In this document: positions 27,676-36,408 of the stretch, one piece after another
How the letters are laid out: each line of letters starts with the position of its first letter
How positions within the stretch are numbered: position 1 is the first letter of the stretch
DNA from: Rhodospirillales bacterium
Lineage (GTDB): Bacteria > Pseudomonadota > Alphaproteobacteria > Rhodospirillales > Casp-alpha2
DNA length: 64,000 nt
Direction of reading: 5' to 3'
Assembly: GCA_965229805.1 (NCBI GenBank)
Contig: CBDDJO010000002.1
Coordinates: 925,811-989,810, forward strand
The notes under the pieces: generated by a model
Told to the model about the DNA's origin: nothing
Databases searched by the model: none
The model's input: the letters and a program-made list of their open reading frames with translations, nothing else
Position numbers and translations under genes: made by a program

Positions 27676-28821
27676 ATGGGCCTGTTAAGCGGCATGACCG
27701 TCCTCGAGATCGGCGGAATCGGCCCCGGGCCGTTCTGTGCCATGTTGCTAGCGGATCTGGGCGCAGACGTGCTGCGTATCGAAAAGCCCGGCAAGAAGGC
27801 TGCGGGGTTCGAGGAAAGGCCAAGTGCGAAGATCGTCAGCAGAAACAAGACGGCGTTGACGCTTGATCTGAAATCGCCGGATGCGGTCGAGGTCATCAAG
27901 ATCATGGTGCGCCGGGCGGATGCGATCATCGAAGGGTTTCGCCCGGGCGTAATGGAGCGACTTGGGCTTGGACCGGACGATTTGATGGGTGAGAACCCCG
28001 CGCTTATATACGGCCGCATTACCGGTTGGGGGCAAGCAGGGCCCTGGTCTCAGAGAGCCGGTCACGATATCAACTATCTGGCGGTGGCGGGCGCGCTGAG
28101 CTTGATCGGGCGAAAGGGTGAACCGCCGACAGTGCCGCTCAATTTGATCGGGGATTATGGTGGCGGCGGTATGTACCTTGCGTTTGGTATCCTGTCAGCC
28201 GCTTGGGCGGCCAAAAGTACCGGTAAGGGCCAGGTCGTCGATGCCGCGATGATTGACGGGATTTCATCACTGATGGCGCCACTGTTCGAAATGCGGGCAA
28301 ATGGACAATGGACCCGGCCGCGCGGTGAGAACCTGCTGGATGGCGGCGCGCCTTGGTACGATGTTTACCAGACCAAGGATGAGAAATTTCTGGCAGTCGG
28401 CGCGATCGAACCGAAATTCTACGCGGCGTTTCTGGACGGTCTGGGAATTGATCCGAATAGATTGCCCCCTCAGTACGACCATGCCGGCTGGCCTGTGCTG
28501 CGCGAAACTTTCTCGGACGTCATCCGTCAGCGAACGCGATCGGAATGGATGTCGGTCTTTGACGCACGCGATGCTTGCGTGAGCCCGGTTCTAGGCATCC
28601 ACGAAGCAGCGGCGCACCCTCAGATGAAGTTTCGAGGAACCCAAGTCGAAGTGGATGGGGTTGTCCAGCCAGCGCCTGGCCCCAGGGTTGTTGCCGAAGA
28701 TGCTGATAGCGATGGTGTGCCGGACGACGACACCGCCACGGACCCTGCATCGATACTCCGTGCCTGGGGCGTTTCGGAAGAAGATATTGAAAGATTGAGA
28801 ACTGGTGGTGGCTTGGCGTGA
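27676..28821 (+). CDS. Alpha-methylacyl-CoA racemase (family III CoA-transferase fold, MCR/AMACR type)
   Basis: Matches the recalled M. tuberculosis MCR pattern closely: LSGMTVLEIGGIGPGPFCAMLLADLGADVLRIE, the AGHDINYLA catalytic His region, NLIGDYGGGG catalytic Asp region, GKGQVVDAAMIDG, LLDGGAPWYDVY and AVGAIEPKFYA. Confidence 0.8.
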   Translation: MGLLSGMTVLEIGGIGPGPFCAMLLADLGADVLRIEKPGKKAAGFEERPSAKIVSRNKTALTLDLKSPDAVEVIKIMVRRADAIIEGFRPGVMERLGLGPDDLMGENPALIYGRITGWGQAGPWSQRAGHDINYLAVAGALSLIGRKGEPPTVPLNLIGDYGGGGMYLAFGILSAAWAAKSTGKGQVVDAAMIDGISSLMAPLFEMRANGQWTRPRGENLLDGGAPWYDVYQTKDEKFLAVGAIEPKFYAAFLDGLGIDPNRLPPQYDHAGWPVLRETFSDVIRQRTRSEWMSVFDARDACVSPVLGIHEAAAHPQMKFRGTQVEVDGVVQPAPGPRVVAEDADSDGVPDDDTATDPASILRAWGVSEEDIERLRTGGGLA

Positions 28822-28838
28822 AATGGATCGATGCCGCG

Positions 28839-29351
28839 CTAATCGGCCGTGTCGGGTTCCGGCACGTCAGCCGGCATCTCCGGCGTCAGATCCTCGATAA
28901 GTTGCGTGAGAAGGGCGAGCAGCTTGTGGAACTGATCTTCACCGTACTCGTCGATGATCTTTTTATAGATCCGCTCGGATTCCGGAATTAAATCCTTGAT
29001 TGTCTTGCGGCCGAGCGCGGAAATTGAAATCAACATCGACCGGCCATCCTGTTCATCCTGATCCCGGGTTACGAACCCTTTTTCTTCCAAGGTCTTCAGT
29101 ATCCGGCTCATGCTCGGTCGCATGATGCAGCATGCAGTCGCTATCTCCGCGGGCTTCATCGCGTCGTATTCCATCAGCGTGCGCAAGACGCGCCATTGTT
29201 GCTCGGTGAAGCCATGGCTGTGAATGAACGGCCGGAAGTATGCCATCACGACCTCACGCGACTGAAGCAGGACCATAGGGAGTGCCCGGCCCGTGTTCAT
29301 CGGAATGCCGGCTGCACTCAAAACCTGCGTTTCGTTATCATCTTTGTTCAT
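28839..29351 (-). CDS. MarR family regulator, HpaR-like
   Basis: 170 aa; FTEQQWRVLRTLMEYDAMKPAEIATACCIMRPSMSRILKTLEEKGFVTRDQDEQDGR. Lies adjacent to hpa-like meta-cleavage genes. Confidence 0.75.
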   Translation of the reverse strand: MNKDDNETQVLSAAGIPMNTGRALPMVLLQSREVVMAYFRPFIHSHGFTEQQWRVLRTLMEYDAMKPAEIATACCIMRPSMSRILKTLEEKGFVTRDQDEQDGRSMLISISALGRKTIKDLIPESERIYKKIIDEYGEDQFHKLLALLTQLIEDLTPEMPADVPEPDTAD

Positions 29352-29522
29352 GAAACTCGTTCTTGGTCCTCAATTCCCGCATTTCGTTTGCCAGTTCGGT
29401 TCGACGATAGAAGAGGCGTGGGATGCCACCGGTATACGAACGTCGCGATGCGGCTGCCACCTGTTGCGTTTCAATTATGGCCCGTCGAGCGTCTTATACG
29501 GCGGCATCCTCGCATGACCTGA

Positions 29523-30380
29523 CTATGCCTCGTCGGCGATACCGTTCTCCAGCGTGCCGACGCCGTCAACAATAACGCGAACGGTATCCCCCGGCACCAA
29601 CCATTTTGGCGGATCGAAGCGCGCCCCGGCTCCGGTCGGAGTGCCGGTGGCGATCATATCGCCGGGACACAACGTGCAGAAGGTCGAAACGTATTCAATA
29701 AGCTTGTCGAACGGAAAGGCCATGCTCGCTGTTGTATCCGATTGACGCAGTTCGTCATTGACCCAGGTTTCGATGTGCATGTCGGTGGGGTCGATGGCTG
29801 ACAAATCGGTTTGAATCGCCGGACCGATCGCGCCCGAGCGATCCCAATTCTTGCCCTGTGTCACGTTGAATTTTCCGTGGCGAAGCCAGTCCCGGATCGA
29901 TCCCTCGTTCATGATTGTGAGACCGGCGACATGCTGCATCGCATCCGATCTTGAAATGCGTCTGCCCGGCTTCCCGATGACAAGGACAATTTCTCCCTCA
30001 TAGTCGAGCTGGCTGGATTCCGGCGGGCGTATAAGGTTTTGCCCGTGTCCGGTAAAAGAAAGCGGATTGCGGACGAAGATCGACGGATACTCGGGCGCGG
30101 CCGAGCCGTCCTTGTATTCGGCGTTTCGGTTCATGTAATTGACGCCGATACAAAAGATTTTCTGTGGATCTGGAACCGGAATATCCAGAGTCACGTCGGC
30201 AAGGGCGACCTGCGGCGATTCGCTCTCCGTGGCAACTTTCGCCTGTTCCAGAAGATCCTGTTCGAGGAGTTGTTTGACGGAACCGACCGAAAGTGCGGAT
30301 GTCAGATCGACAATGCCTTCGTCTTTAAGAGCACCGACCGATTGTACGCCGTCGGCTTTGCGATATGTAACCAGTTTCAT
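29523..30380 (-). CDS. Fumarylacetoacetate hydrolase (FAH) family protein (HpaG-type isomerase/decarboxylase or hydratase)
   Basis: FAH-family segments IFCIGVNY, DYEGEIVLVIGK and GDMIATGTPTGAG. Starting at MKLVTYRK (30380) gives a 4-nt overlap with the upstream gene. Confidence 0.8.
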   Translation of the reverse strand: MKLVTYRKADGVQSVGALKDEGIVDLTSALSVGSVKQLLEQDLLEQAKVATESESPQVALADVTLDIPVPDPQKIFCIGVNYMNRNAEYKDGSAAPEYPSIFVRNPLSFTGHGQNLIRPPESSQLDYEGEIVLVIGKPGRRISRSDAMQHVAGLTIMNEGSIRDWLRHGKFNVTQGKNWDRSGAIGPAIQTDLSAIDPTDMHIETWVNDELRQSDTTASMAFPFDKLIEYVSTFCTLCPGDMIATGTPTGAGARFDPPKWLVPGDTVRVIVDGVGTLENGIADEA

Positions 30381-31282
30381 GTCAGAAGCCCTGCATCCTT
30401 GAGTACCGATTCTAAACGTTCTTCGAGTTCCGGGGTTGCCGGCAGTAGCGGCAAGCGGTGCTCGTTCACCTCCAGCAGACCGCACATCTTCATCATCGCC
30501 TTCATGGGAATGGGGTTGATGTCGAAAAAGACGGCTTCATTCAGATGATAGAGCTGCCGATGCAGCGCCCGTGCCGCCATCAGATCGCCGCGCCATACCG
30601 CTTCGCAAAGGTCGGACAGCGGCTTTGGATTAATATTGCCGACCGCGTTCATCAGTCCGCACGCGCCGATGGCCATCATGGGAAAAGACAGCTCTTCTAG
30701 GCCGACAAAAACCCGCAGGTCCTCGCTGATCGCATCGAACAGGTCGGAAACGAACCCCAGGTCAAGCGAGGCGTGCTTGAGGCCGACGAACGTGGGGCAC
30801 ACGGCATCGATGCTGCGGATCGTTTCCAACTCGACGGAGACGCCGGCGCGCCCCGGGATGTGATAGATCATCCACGGTTTATCATGCAGTTCATTGAGAC
30901 GCCGGTAATACTCCACCATGCCCCGTTGCGGTGGACGGGAGTAATAAGGCGTCACGATCAAAAGTGCATCGACGGCTGAGATGGCCGCGGCGTATCGAGT
31001 GAGCGCTTCGGTTTCGGTGTAGGATTGCGATCCGGAGGCTACGATCACCTGACCCCGCCCGGCAGCGGCCTCGACGGCGACGTCTACGAGCCGGTTACGC
31101 TCGTCAACGGTAAGGGACGAAGGCTCCGATGTTGTGCCGTTGACCAGCACCCCGTGGCTGCCGTTTGCGAGCTGGAACTCGACCAGTTCGGCATATTTCC
31201 GGTAGTCGACTTCGCCGCCGGAAAAAGGTGTCACGATGGGGGGAATCGAGCCGCGAAGCTCGGTTTCTTGAAGAGCTAGCAT
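30377..31282 (-). CDS. DHDPS/NAL family class I aldolase (DapA-like)
   Basis: IPPIVTPF...GSHGVLVNGTTSEPSSLTVDER and a YYSRP-type segment, typical of dihydrodipicolinate synthase-family aldolases. Confidence 0.75.
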   Translation of the reverse strand: MLALQETELRGSIPPIVTPFSGGEVDYRKYAELVEFQLANGSHGVLVNGTTSEPSSLTVDERNRLVDVAVEAAAGRGQVIVASGSQSYTETEALTRYAAAISAVDALLIVTPYYSRPPQRGMVEYYRRLNELHDKPWMIYHIPGRAGVSVELETIRSIDAVCPTFVGLKHASLDLGFVSDLFDAISEDLRVFVGLEELSFPMMAIGACGLMNAVGNINPKPLSDLCEAVWRGDLMAARALHRQLYHLNEAVFFDINPIPMKAMMKMCGLLEVNEHRLPLLPATPELEERLESVLKDAGLLT

Positions 31283-31391
31283 GTGAAATCTCGCTGTGCC
31301 TTGCGCGGGTTTGAGTTTGACGTTTAGTAATGAACATGTTAACTACTATACGAAATGAAAGCAATACGATTGTTGGCGAAGGAGTCATCGA

Positions 31392-31796
31392 ATGCCGCAT
31401 TTGACGCTGGAGTATTCCGCGAACGTCGAACAGTTCTGCGAAATCTCCTCGATGTGTTCGGTCGTCAGGGAATCCGCCCTCGGCACGGGTGTTTTTCCGC
31501 TTGGCGGTATCCGGGTTAGGGCTCGGCGCTGCGACCATTACTCGATTGCCGACGGCCGTCTCGAATGCGCATTCATCGATGTCGAAATAAGGATCGGTGA
31601 AGGCCGCTCGCTGGAGGTCAGGAAAAATTGCACCGAGACCATATTCGCCGCACTCGTCGAGCATCTAGGCGACCTTTTTGAGCGCATCCCACTTGGCGTT
31701 TCCATCGAGCTTAGGGAAATCAGTGCCGACTTAAGCATCAAGAAAAACTCGATCCACAAATGGGTCGAACAAGACAAATCTGCCGCAGGAGAATAA
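31392..31796 (+). CDS. hpaF: 5-carboxymethyl-2-hydroxymuconate isomerase
   Basis: Begins MPHLTLEYSANV (catalytic Pro1 after Met removal). Collinear with the E. coli HpcD/HpaF pattern (GVFPLGGIRVRA..., IRIGEGRSLE). Confidence 0.8.
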   Translation: MPHLTLEYSANVEQFCEISSMCSVVRESALGTGVFPLGGIRVRARRCDHYSIADGRLECAFIDVEIRIGEGRSLEVRKNCTETIFAALVEHLGDLFERIPLGVSIELREISADLSIKKNSIHKWVEQDKSAAGE

Positions 31797-31800
31797 TAAG

Positions 31801-33324
31801 ATGAACGTGATCGCACCCGATTTGGCGGCTAATGCCCGCAAGTACCTGGAGCGCTATAACGAGTCAGGCGTGCTCAATCAGATCGACGGCCAGGCCGTGC
31901 CGGCGGTGTCCGGCGAATGGTTTGAAACGACGTCGCCCGTGGATCTGACGCCTCTCGCCCGTGTGGCAAAGGGGGGGGCGGACGACGTTGCGCGCGCCGC
32001 CAAAGCGGCAAAGAAAGCGTTTCCGGCATGGGCGGCTATGCCGCCGAAGAAGCGGCAGAAGTTATTGCACGATATTGCCGATGCCATCGAAGCCCGCGCA
32101 CCTGAAATCGCTGCGCTCGAATGCCTCGATACAGGGCAGGCCATGCGCTTCATGTCAAAAGCCGCGTTGCGCGGGGCCGAAAACTTCCGCTTCTTCGCGG
32201 ATCGCTGTCTGGAAGCCGCTGACGGTTTGGCGTTGCCGTCACCGGATCATTACAATGTGACCTCGCGCGTGCCGATCGGTCCGGTTGGCATTATCACGCC
32301 GTGGAACACGCCGTTCATGCTCTCCACATGGAAGATCGCACCCGCGCTTGCGGCCGGATGCACGGTGGTCCACAAACCTGCCGAATTGTCGCCGATCACG
32401 GCACGCCTGTTGGTCGAAATTGCCGAAGAAGCAGGCCTGCCGCCGGGCGTCTGGAATGTGGTCAACGGCTTCGGCGAAGATGCCGGCAAGGCGTTGACGG
32501 AATGTCCCGATATCAAGGCGATTGCCTTCGTCGGCGAGTCCGCTACCGGCTCCGCGATCATGGCGCAGGGTGCATCCACGCTGAAACGTGTGCATTTCGA
32601 ACTTGGCGGCAAGAACGCCGTGGTCGTATTTGCGGACGCGGATCTAGATCGGGCTCTCGAAGCGACGATCTTCATGATTTACTCGCTGAACGGGGAGCGT
32701 TGCACCTCATCCAGCCGGGTATTGGTCGAGGAGAGTATATACGAGGAATTCACGGCCAAGATTGCCGAACGGGCGAAGAACCTGAAAGTCGGGCATCCCC
32801 TCGACCCGGAAACCGAGGTTGGCCCCCTGATTCATCCGAATCATGCGTCCAAAGTGCTTTCGTACTTCGATGTCGCCCGGCAAGAAGGTGTGACGATTGC
32901 CGCCGGCGGGTCCGCCTTCGACGGCCCAGGCGGCGGGTGCTATGTTGCGCCGACGTTGTTCGTAGATGCGAAAAGCGAGATGCGCGTTTCACAAGAGGAA
33001 ATCTTCGGACCGGTTCTGACGGCCATCCCCTTCCGTGACGAGGCCGAGGCAATTGAGATCGCCAACTCCGTAGAATATGGACTGGCCGGATACTTGTGGA
33101 CCAACGATATATCACGCGCATTCCGGGTTTCGAACGCGATGGATGTCGGCATGGTCTGGGTCAACTCGGAAAACGTACGCCATTTGCCGACCCCCTTCGG
33201 CGGCATGAAGGCAAGCGGGATCGGCAGGGACGGCGGGGATTATTCTTTCGACTTTTACATGGAGACTAAGAACATTGCCTATGCGACCGGTTCGCACAAA
33301 ATTCCGAAACTGGGCGGCAACTGA
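31801..33324 (+). CDS. NAD-dependent aldehyde dehydrogenase (5-carboxymethyl-2-hydroxymuconate semialdehyde dehydrogenase-like)
   Basis: ALDH motifs GIITPWNTP, the FELGGKNA catalytic Glu region, the NGERCTSSSR catalytic Cys region, and EEIFGPV. Confidence 0.85.
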   Translation: MNVIAPDLAANARKYLERYNESGVLNQIDGQAVPAVSGEWFETTSPVDLTPLARVAKGGADDVARAAKAAKKAFPAWAAMPPKKRQKLLHDIADAIEARAPEIAALECLDTGQAMRFMSKAALRGAENFRFFADRCLEAADGLALPSPDHYNVTSRVPIGPVGIITPWNTPFMLSTWKIAPALAAGCTVVHKPAELSPITARLLVEIAEEAGLPPGVWNVVNGFGEDAGKALTECPDIKAIAFVGESATGSAIMAQGASTLKRVHFELGGKNAVVVFADADLDRALEATIFMIYSLNGERCTSSSRVLVEESIYEEFTAKIAERAKNLKVGHPLDPETEVGPLIHPNHASKVLSYFDVARQEGVTIAAGGSAFDGPGGGCYVAPTLFVDAKSEMRVSQEEIFGPVLTAIPFRDEAEAIEIANSVEYGLAGYLWTNDISRAFRVSNAMDVGMVWVNSENVRHLPTPFGGMKASGIGRDGGDYSFDFYMETKNIAYATGSHKIPKLGGN

Positions 33325-33336
33325 TCCGATATCGAC

Positions 33337-33699
33337 ATGAGCCTCTACGAGACGCAGAAATTGCTCTACCACCTCAATCGGGAGCCGAAGCTGAAAGCAA
33401 GCTTTCTGGAAGATCACGATGCGGTGTTGAGGGATTACGGCCTGACAGAAGAAGAGGCGGGCGCCGTACGCGATCATGATATCGGCCTGCTTTACGTATT
33501 AGGCGTCAATGGACAAATCCTCATGCACTTTGCGGCAATGCTCGGTATTGCCTGGAGCGATTACCTCCAATTGATGCGTGACGGCGTCGAGCGGCACGGC
33601 CCGGTTCGCGCGGGGGTGTATAAACTGTCAGGCTACGAGGGCGTCGAAGCTCACGACCGTGCGTTGCGGGAAAAGCGAAACCAAAAGGCGAAAGGGTAA
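33337..33699 (+). CDS. LigA-like small subunit of a class III extradiol dioxygenase
   Basis: 120 aa; the YETQKLLYHLNREPKLKASFLEDHDAVLRDYGLTEEE pattern is typical of protocatechuate 4,5-dioxygenase alpha-type subunits. Confidence 0.7.
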   Translation: MSLYETQKLLYHLNREPKLKASFLEDHDAVLRDYGLTEEEAGAVRDHDIGLLYVLGVNGQILMHFAAMLGIAWSDYLQLMRDGVERHGPVRAGVYKLSGYEGVEAHDRALREKRNQKAKG

Positions 33700-33705
33700 T
33701 ACGGC

Positions 33706-34524
33706 ATGCCATTGGTTTACGCCGGCGTGTGTTCTCATGGGCCGGGCATCACGGCAAGATCGGATCAGGCGGACCCGGATACCCGGGGACGGTTCTACGG
33801 CGCACTCCGTGCCATGGGCGACGAAATTCGCGCTTCCGGCGCGGAGCTTCTTATCGTGGTCGCAGCAGAGCATTTCGCGAACTTCTTCATGAACAACATG
33901 CCGGCTTTTGCAATGGGGATGGCGGACACCTACGAGGGCCCGATTGAAGATCCGGATTGGCTGAAGATCGCGCCGGTCAAGGTGCCGGGCGATGCGGAAG
34001 CGTCGCGTTCTTTGATCTCTTCGGTATTGGAAAGCGTCGACGTCGCCTATGCGGAGGAATGGAAATTCGATCACGGTATTATGGTGCCGTTGCATTTCCT
34101 GACACCGGCGTACGACCTGCCTGTGCTGCCCTGTAACATAAACTGCCAGGGGCCGCCGTTGACGCCGTTGTACCGTGCCTGGGCATTTGGTGAGGCCTTG
34201 CGCCGCGCTTGCGACAGCACGCCGCGGAATATCGCGCTTGTCGGTACCGGCGGTATATCTCATTGGCCGGCGACACCTGATTCTGGGAAGATCAATGAAC
34301 CCTGGGACAGGACCTTCATGGATCGATGGGTGGCGCAGGACAAGGAAGCGCTTCTTTCCTATAGCGATGCGGATATCTATCAGGACGCCGGGCAAGGTGG
34401 CTTCGAAATTCGCACCTATATCGCTGCTGCGGCTGCTGCCGGTGGGTTGGGCAAAATCGCGTTTCTCGAGCCGATACCGATTTTCGCGACAATGGGGGTC
34501 GTTGCTTCGAAAGCTGTCATATGA
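33706..34524 (+). CDS. LigB-family class III extradiol ring-cleavage dioxygenase, catalytic subunit
   Basis: 272 aa with N-terminal CSHGPGI and AAEHFANFF histidine-containing segments and GGISHWP, typical of the LigB family. Confidence 0.8.
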   Translation: MPLVYAGVCSHGPGITARSDQADPDTRGRFYGALRAMGDEIRASGAELLIVVAAEHFANFFMNNMPAFAMGMADTYEGPIEDPDWLKIAPVKVPGDAEASRSLISSVLESVDVAYAEEWKFDHGIMVPLHFLTPAYDLPVLPCNINCQGPPLTPLYRAWAFGEALRRACDSTPRNIALVGTGGISHWPATPDSGKINEPWDRTFMDRWVAQDKEALLSYSDADIYQDAGQGGFEIRTYIAAAAAAGGLGKIAFLEPIPIFATMGVVASKAVI

Positions 34525-34680
34525 ACGACGTTGCGGAAGACGGGGCATCCCCGATATTGCAGCCACTGTCCAGATTGTATTAGTCCGGCGAACTTTGAAT
34601 TGAGAGTAAGAATTGGTGAGGTCGCCGCCGATGAGTTGGGGTGGTAAACAACTGTAACTTTGGTGCGCCGTCGATGATGA

Positions 34681-34881
34681 ATGCGACATGTGCCGAGGGC
34701 GAAATTTCCGGTTCCAGGGATGGCGACCGATGAAATGCCGCCTGCATCGAATCGGGGCGAACACAATCGGGAGATCCTTGCCGAGTTCGGTCATGGCGAG
34801 GATGACGTTCTGCTGCTGTCGGAGCGGGGCATTATCGTCTGCACCCGGGCCTCAACTTGTGACGTTTCGTTCACATGGTAA
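34681..34881 (+). pseudogene. 3' remnant of a family III CoA-transferase gene
   Basis: The ORF reads ..PPASNRGEHNREILAEFGHGEDDVLLLSERGIIV.., which is the conserved C-terminal P-x-x-G-E-H-x-x-x-[IV]-L...G tail of CaiB/BaiF enzymes. No upstream catalytic domain is present. Confidence 0.6.
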
Positions 34882-35780
34882 TTCAAGGAAACAAGCGAAT
34901 GCGGAATGCAGGGAAGAGGTTGCCCGGGACGCCTCAACCGTCAGATGTCTGGACGGCCCGCGACGGGATATCTATTGCCGGCGATCAATGGGGCGATCCG
35001 TCCTGTCCTCTGGTCATTCTGCAGCACGGCGGGGGACAGACCCGTCATGCCTGGAAGAATACTGGAGAAACCCTAGGGGCAGCCGGTTATCACGCAGTAG
35101 CACTTGATGCACGAGGGCACGGAGATTCCGGTTGGGCGGATGCCGGTCACTATGGTGTCGATCATATGATCGACGATATAGACATGGTCGTTGAGGCGCT
35201 CGGCGGCAAGACGCCAATCCTGGTCGGGGCTTCGATGGGGGGCGCCACTAGTCTTGTTGCGGTAGGCGAAGGAAAGATTGCCGCAAAGGCTTTGGTGCTG
35301 GTCGATATTGCGCCCCGAATTGATCAGGAGGGACATCGTCAGATTCAGGCGTTTCTCGACCAATACCCAGAGGGCTTCGAGACGCTCGAACAGGTTTCCG
35401 ACGCAATTGCCAACTACCAACCGCACCGTAAAATGCCGAGAAATCTGGATGGTCTGGCCAAAAACGTACGTCTGGGTGATGACGGCCGCTACCATTGGCA
35501 CTGGGATCCAGTATGGCGTCATGGCCGCGGGTCCATGCAAGCATACCAAGACCGTCTCCGCGAAGCGGCATCGCGCATAGCAGTACCGACGCTATTGATT
35601 CGCGGCGGTCTTTCCAACGTTTTGACAGAAGCCGGTGCAAGAGAGTTTCTCGCGCTTTGTCCGCATTCGGACTACGTGAACATCCCGACTGCTGCACATA
35701 TGGTTGCCGGAGATCGAAATGACGTTTTCGCCGATGCGGTTGTGGAATTTTTAGGACGGGCTGTAGGGGGCGACCGATAA
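34875..35780 (+). CDS. Alpha/beta hydrolase fold protein
   Basis: HGGGQTRHAW oxyanion region, GASMGG nucleophile elbow, and a C-terminal AAHMVAGD histidine. Confidence 0.8.
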   Translation: MVIQGNKRMRNAGKRLPGTPQPSDVWTARDGISIAGDQWGDPSCPLVILQHGGGQTRHAWKNTGETLGAAGYHAVALDARGHGDSGWADAGHYGVDHMIDDIDMVVEALGGKTPILVGASMGGATSLVAVGEGKIAAKALVLVDIAPRIDQEGHRQIQAFLDQYPEGFETLEQVSDAIANYQPHRKMPRNLDGLAKNVRLGDDGRYHWHWDPVWRHGRGSMQAYQDRLREAASRIAVPTLLIRGGLSNVLTEAGAREFLALCPHSDYVNIPTAAHMVAGDRNDVFADAVVEFLGRAVGGDR

Positions 35781-35887
35781 ATTGATGGCTTGGATAGGTG
35801 TTGGTTTTTTGCATTCATTGATTGGTAGAAAACGACCCCAATACCTATCTCTCCATCTAATATACGCATTGCTATGATGGGAACGAA

Positions 35888-35899
35888 TGACCTGCCCCC
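35888..35899 (+). repeat. Solo IS3-family terminal repeat-like 12-mer
   Basis: TGACCTGCCCCC is identical to the left terminus of the IS at 36375. It is in the same orientation, and no transposase gene follows it. Confidence 0.45.
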
Positions 35900-36058
35900 A
35901 TAAACGGACTAAGTAGCTGGCATTGGTCAGGTCCGGAGACGTAGACGGAATTGCTTGAAACTAGATGAGCTAGCTTGAGGGTGTGTGACCGAAGTTGGCA
36001 GGCGAAGTCCCTCCAGTGAAATGGTATACTTTACCGGTTAGATACGTTGGGGTAGGTC

Positions 36059-36295
36059 ATGCGGGATTTTGTGGAGAACTTAATCGCTATCGCGGGAGAT
36101 GAGAGCATCGTCGCGAAACGCGTCGCCGAAATGGAGGCGTCCGATTACAACGACTTGATGCATCGTATCGACGAGATCATGGAATTGAATGAAGGGGTTG
36201 GGCCCGACTCAGTTCGGGACACAGAAATGATCCAATGGCTTATGCGCGCATCCGTGGTGGCCGAGTATTATGAAAAGCGGACGTTTGATGTCTGA
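36059..36295 (+). CDS. Hypothetical small acidic protein
   Basis: 78-aa ORF with no motif I recognise. It lies between a solo IS terminus and an intact IS. Its coding status is uncertain. Confidence 0.3.
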   Translation: MRDFVENLIAIAGDESIVAKRVAEMEASDYNDLMHRIDEIMELNEGVGPDSVRDTEMIQWLMRASVVAEYYEKRTFDV

Positions 36296-36408
36296 GATAT
36301 GGAGGCGCGTGTATTAAGTCGCCGCCAGGTGGATCGCCAAACAGCATCCTTATTGATTTCGGAATAGTTTGAACTGACCTGCCCCCGTTGACTGGTCCGA
36401 GTGGAATG

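Noticed and set aside
36059-36295. Small acidic ORF considered as an antitoxin or a defence-related gene.
   Set aside because: There is no adjacent partner ORF, no recognisable HTH, RHH or toxin motif, and no defence-type neighbours. It is kept only as a low-confidence hypothetical.
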